A stretch of 20,000 bases of DNA, taken from the NCBI GenBank assembly GCA_964501035.1, contig CAZCRK010000003.1, forward strand, positions 52,688-72,687, given 5' to 3'. The notes under the pieces were generated by a model. It saw only the letters and a program-made list of their open reading frames with translations. It had not been told where the DNA came from and searched no databases. The position numbers were made by a program, and so were the translations under genes. Below, one piece after another: positions 16,577-20,000 of this stretch (position 1 is the stretch's first letter; each line of letters starts with the position of its first letter).

Positions 16577-18178
16577 ATGAATAAATATACTTTACGGGCA
16601 ACACTATTCCGTCATCTTGATGGAATAACTGTGATTCCAACTTTGGTGGAATTACATAAATCTGGTATATTGAAATTAATTCAGAAGTCAGATGAATTCC
16701 ATTTTACGGATATATCTAACCAATTAGAAATAAATAATGGATATGTAAATGTTGCGTTACGTATTCTATCATCTCAAGGGTATTTAAAACGTAATATCAT
16801 TCAAGACGGACACAATATTCATTTTACAGTGACACCTTTAGGAAAAGCGTTATGGAATATTGTCCCCAAACTTACTCCGTTTGTGGAGTTTATTCCACAG
16901 CTAATCAATATTTCTCATATTCATTTTGATGCAAAAGATGAAGATTTTTCCTCTCAATTGTCATCACTTATTGAACAATACAAATCATTATCTGATAATC
17001 TAATCACATCAAATTCAACGTTGGCAAACCAATTAATTCTAAACTTACAAGGAATGTTGGCAGGTCCAATTCTTGTGGCCTTAGGGATGATGGGGAAATT
17101 AGAAAGTATTGATTCTACACATCACACTTTAGATTTAAATCAATTGGATGGAAATCAAAACACAATTCAAGCTATATTTTCATTTTTTGAACAATTAGAT
17201 TGGTGTTCCATTTCAGACAACGTAGTACAATTCAATGAACGTGGACTTTTCTACGTTGATAGATGTACAGCATACGGGGTTACGGTGTCCTATCTCCCAA
17301 CTTTTCAAAGATTACATGATTTATTCGTGGGTGATCCATTCATCTTATGGAAACGAGATAATAACAAGAATGAAACCCATGTTGATAGAACGATGAATGT
17401 TTGGGGAAGCGGTGGAGCTCATTCACATTACTTCAATACAATTGATGAAATAGTTATTAATATTTTTAATCAACCCATAGAAAAACAACCTAAAGGCATT
17501 GCGGATATGGGATGTGGCGATGGAACATTGTTAAAACATTTATATGAAGTAGTGAGTACACAAACCATACGTGGAAACATGTTAGATACTCACCCACTTA
17601 TAGTTATCGGTTCAGATTATAACCAGGAAGCGAGAATTGCAACTCGTAAAACCTTAGACAAGTTTGATATAAATCATTTCATTTTACATGGAAATATTAG
17701 TGACCCAAATCAATACAATAAAGACTTACAAGACCAATATGGTATTGAACTGAAAGATATGTTAAATGTGCGTTCATTTTTAGACCATAACAGAATTTAT
17801 GAATCACCACAAGGTTGTTTTAACGACAGAATCAGTTACTCAAGTGGTGCATTTGCATTTCGGGGAAAGTGGATTTCAAATGCAGAGTTAAAACAAAATC
17901 TTGTGGAACATTTCTGTGCATGGAAACCATTTGTTAAACAATTTGGGTTATTAGTTCTAGAATTGCATACTATTTCACCTGAGTTAACGTCACAAAATCT
18001 AGGCAAAACAGTCGCAACAGCTTATGATGCCACACATGGATATTCTGATCAATATATCATGGAACATTCAACATTTATTAATTCTGCAGAAGAAGCTGGA
18101 CTTACACCCGATTATGATCACCAGCAATTGTTTCCGCCGAGTGAACTCGCAACCATTTCAATTAACCTTTTAAAATAA
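16577..18178 (+). CDS. Class I SAM-dependent methyltransferase, AprA MT1-like (large N-terminal lid plus metal-binding MT domain), stand-alone
   Basis: SAM motif IADMGCGDG (D310-G316); YGVTVSYLP, ETHVDRTMNVWGSG, RSFLDHNR, LELH, ATHGYSDQY motifs recognised from memory as AprA MT1-like. Confidence 0.75.
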   Translation: MNKYTLRATLFRHLDGITVIPTLVELHKSGILKLIQKSDEFHFTDISNQLEINNGYVNVALRILSSQGYLKRNIIQDGHNIHFTVTPLGKALWNIVPKLTPFVEFIPQLINISHIHFDAKDEDFSSQLSSLIEQYKSLSDNLITSNSTLANQLILNLQGMLAGPILVALGMMGKLESIDSTHHTLDLNQLDGNQNTIQAIFSFFEQLDWCSISDNVVQFNERGLFYVDRCTAYGVTVSYLPTFQRLHDLFVGDPFILWKRDNNKNETHVDRTMNVWGSGGAHSHYFNTIDEIVINIFNQPIEKQPKGIADMGCGDGTLLKHLYEVVSTQTIRGNMLDTHPLIVIGSDYNQEARIATRKTLDKFDINHFILHGNISDPNQYNKDLQDQYGIELKDMLNVRSFLDHNRIYESPQGCFNDRISYSSGAFAFRGKWISNAELKQNLVEHFCAWKPFVKQFGLLVLELHTISPELTSQNLGKTVATAYDATHGYSDQYIMEHSTFINSAEEAGLTPDYDHQQLFPPSELATISINLLK

Positions 18179-18187
18179 AGAATAAAT

Positions 18188-19999
18188 ATGACACAAGATT
18201 TTTGCACTAACGATGCAATACGTAATATTGCCATAATAGCCCACGTTGACCATGGAAAAACTACACTTGTTGACCAACTTTTTAAACAAAGTGGATTGTT
18301 TCGGTCAAATCAAAGTGTGGATGACAGAATTATGGACAGTATGGATTTAGAACGTGAACGTGGAATTACTATTTCTGCCAAAAACTGCTCAGTAATGTGG
18401 AATGATACTCGAATTAATATTTTAGACACACCAGGTCACGCCGATTTTGGTGGTGAAGTAGAACGAGCTTTAAAAATGGTTAACGGCGTTATATTACTCG
18501 TAGATTCTGCTGAAGGTCCTCTACCCCAAACGCGATTCGTACTCCAAAAGGCGTTGAATATTGGGCTGAAAGTTATTGTAGTCATTAATAAAATTGATAG
18601 GCATGATGCACAACCTGATGTCATTTTAAATGATATCTACGATTTATTTATTGATTTAGATGCAACAGAAGATCAAATCGATTTTCCTGTGCTTTATGCA
18701 ATTGGACGCGATGGAAAAGCAGGCTTTACACCAGACTCCTTAGAAGATAATCTATATAACTTATTTAAAATTATTGTGGATACTGTTCCCCCACCACGAT
18801 TTAAATCTGATGGTGATTTTCAAATGCAAGTGTTGGATTTAGATTATTCTGACTATTTAGGGAGATTAATTATTGGACCTGTGGTGAATGGCTCTGTCAA
18901 TAAAAATGACTCCTTGGTGTGTATTGGAGAAGATGGTGTTCCAAAAAACTTAAAAGTGAGTAGCATTCAGTTTTATGATGGTTTAGGTGTTAAAGAAACT
19001 CCATCGGCTTCTGCAGGTGATATCATTATTTTATCAGGAATTGATGATGTTGTAATTGGAGATACCATTTGTCATAAAGATTTCCCAAATGCTTTGGATA
19101 GAATTACTGTGGACAAACCCACTATTTCAATGAAGTTTGGTGTAAACACTTCTCCATTTGCAGGAAATGAAGGAAAACTGGTTCAAGGAAATAAGATAAA
19201 AGAACGGTTGATAAAGGAGTCCTTACAAAATGTGGGTATTCAAGTTGAAATAGATGCAGAACGAGATACGTTCATTGTGAAAGGACGTGGAGAGTTTCAA
19301 ATGGCAATATTGATTGAAACAATGCGTCGGGAAGGCTTTGAATTAAATGTAGGACGGCCTACCGTTTTATATGTGGAAGAAAATGGAAAAACATTAGAAC
19401 CCATTGAGCATTTATTTGTGGACTGTCATGAAGATTTTTTGGGAATTGTAACTGAAAAATTATCCAAACGAAAAGGACGTATGACCAATTTAGTAAATCA
19501 TGGTTCAGGTCGAGTACGGATTGAATTTTCTATTCCTGCACGTTCTCTAATTGGATATCGAAATGAGTTTTTAACTGATACACGTGGTACAGGAATTATG
19601 AACTCTTATTTGGATGGATATGAAGAATATCGAGGTGATTTCCCAACACGAGTAACTGGTTCACTCGTAGCAGATCGGCAAGGCAAAACAGCAGGATATG
19701 CACTATTCAACCTCGAACCACGGGGTACATTATTTGTAGTTCCAAGTGAAAACGTGTATGAAGGCATGATTGTCGGTGAACATAATCGTCAAAAAGATTT
19801 GAATGTAAATGCTACCAAAGAGAAAAAATTATCCAATATGCGAGCTTCTGGGAAAGATGAAGGTGTAAATTTAGCTCCAGTTATCCCACTTACCCTCGAA
19901 CATGCAATCGAATTTATTAAAGATGATGAACTCGTTGAAGTAACCCCTCAATCAATACGGTTACGCAAAAAAATACTCCCAATATCTCAGAGAAAGTAA
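18188..19999 (+). CDS. typA: Translational GTPase TypA/BipA
   Basis: RNIAIIAHVDHGKTT, LERERGITI, DTPGHADFGGEVER, NKID, GRGEFQMAILIETMRREGFE, DDELVEVTPQSIRLRK. Confidence 0.98.
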   Translation: MTQDFCTNDAIRNIAIIAHVDHGKTTLVDQLFKQSGLFRSNQSVDDRIMDSMDLERERGITISAKNCSVMWNDTRINILDTPGHADFGGEVERALKMVNGVILLVDSAEGPLPQTRFVLQKALNIGLKVIVVINKIDRHDAQPDVILNDIYDLFIDLDATEDQIDFPVLYAIGRDGKAGFTPDSLEDNLYNLFKIIVDTVPPPRFKSDGDFQMQVLDLDYSDYLGRLIIGPVVNGSVNKNDSLVCIGEDGVPKNLKVSSIQFYDGLGVKETPSASAGDIIILSGIDDVVIGDTICHKDFPNALDRITVDKPTISMKFGVNTSPFAGNEGKLVQGNKIKERLIKESLQNVGIQVEIDAERDTFIVKGRGEFQMAILIETMRREGFELNVGRPTVLYVEENGKTLEPIEHLFVDCHEDFLGIVTEKLSKRKGRMTNLVNHGSGRVRIEFSIPARSLIGYRNEFLTDTRGTGIMNSYLDGYEEYRGDFPTRVTGSLVADRQGKTAGYALFNLEPRGTLFVVPSENVYEGMIVGEHNRQKDLNVNATKEKKLSNMRASGKDEGVNLAPVIPLTLEHAIEFIKDDELVEVTPQSIRLRKKILPISQRK

Positions 20000-20000
20000 T

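Noticed and set aside
546..18624. Short ORFs antisense to or overlapping the main genes (e.g. 546..845, 1648..1971, 5416..5649, 9228..9674, 12204..12530, 13182..13457, 15963..16226, 16383..16580, 18436..18624)
   Set aside because: Shadow frames of well-supported genes with no recognisable motifs
1..20000. tRNA/rRNA genes, prophage, alternative genetic code
   Set aside because: Intergenic gaps are short and accounted for; conserved genes other than nuoD translate full length in the standard code

Overview
AT-rich bacterial window. FCB-group origin is inferred, not shown: Bacteroidota-style promoters occur together with Shine-Dalgarno sites, which would fit a Marinisomatota-like MAG/SAG. Left to right: (1) a minus-strand complex I operon nuoA-B-C-D-H-I with no nuoEFG between D and H, in which nuoD is frameshifted by a 326-bp tandem duplication whose copies differ at three synonymous sites; (2) a divergent monofunctional proline dehydrogenase; (3) a small deletion scar joining an HNH nuclease 5' part to the 3' half of a GNAT acetyltransferase; (4) a Cys/His-motif membrane protein of unknown function; (5) a TetR-fadE-fadA-fadN beta-oxidation operon with a perfect 14-bp palindromic operator candidate; (6) a compact TPP riboswitch whose aptamer contains the SD of a TonB-dependent receptor + sodium:solute symporter pair, a probable thiamine/precursor uptake system; (7) a stand-alone methyltransferase resembling the iron-dependent AprA MT1 polyketide-starter enzyme, with no PKS nearby and apparently co-transcribed with typA/bipA. 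Best novelty candidates are (7) and (6).
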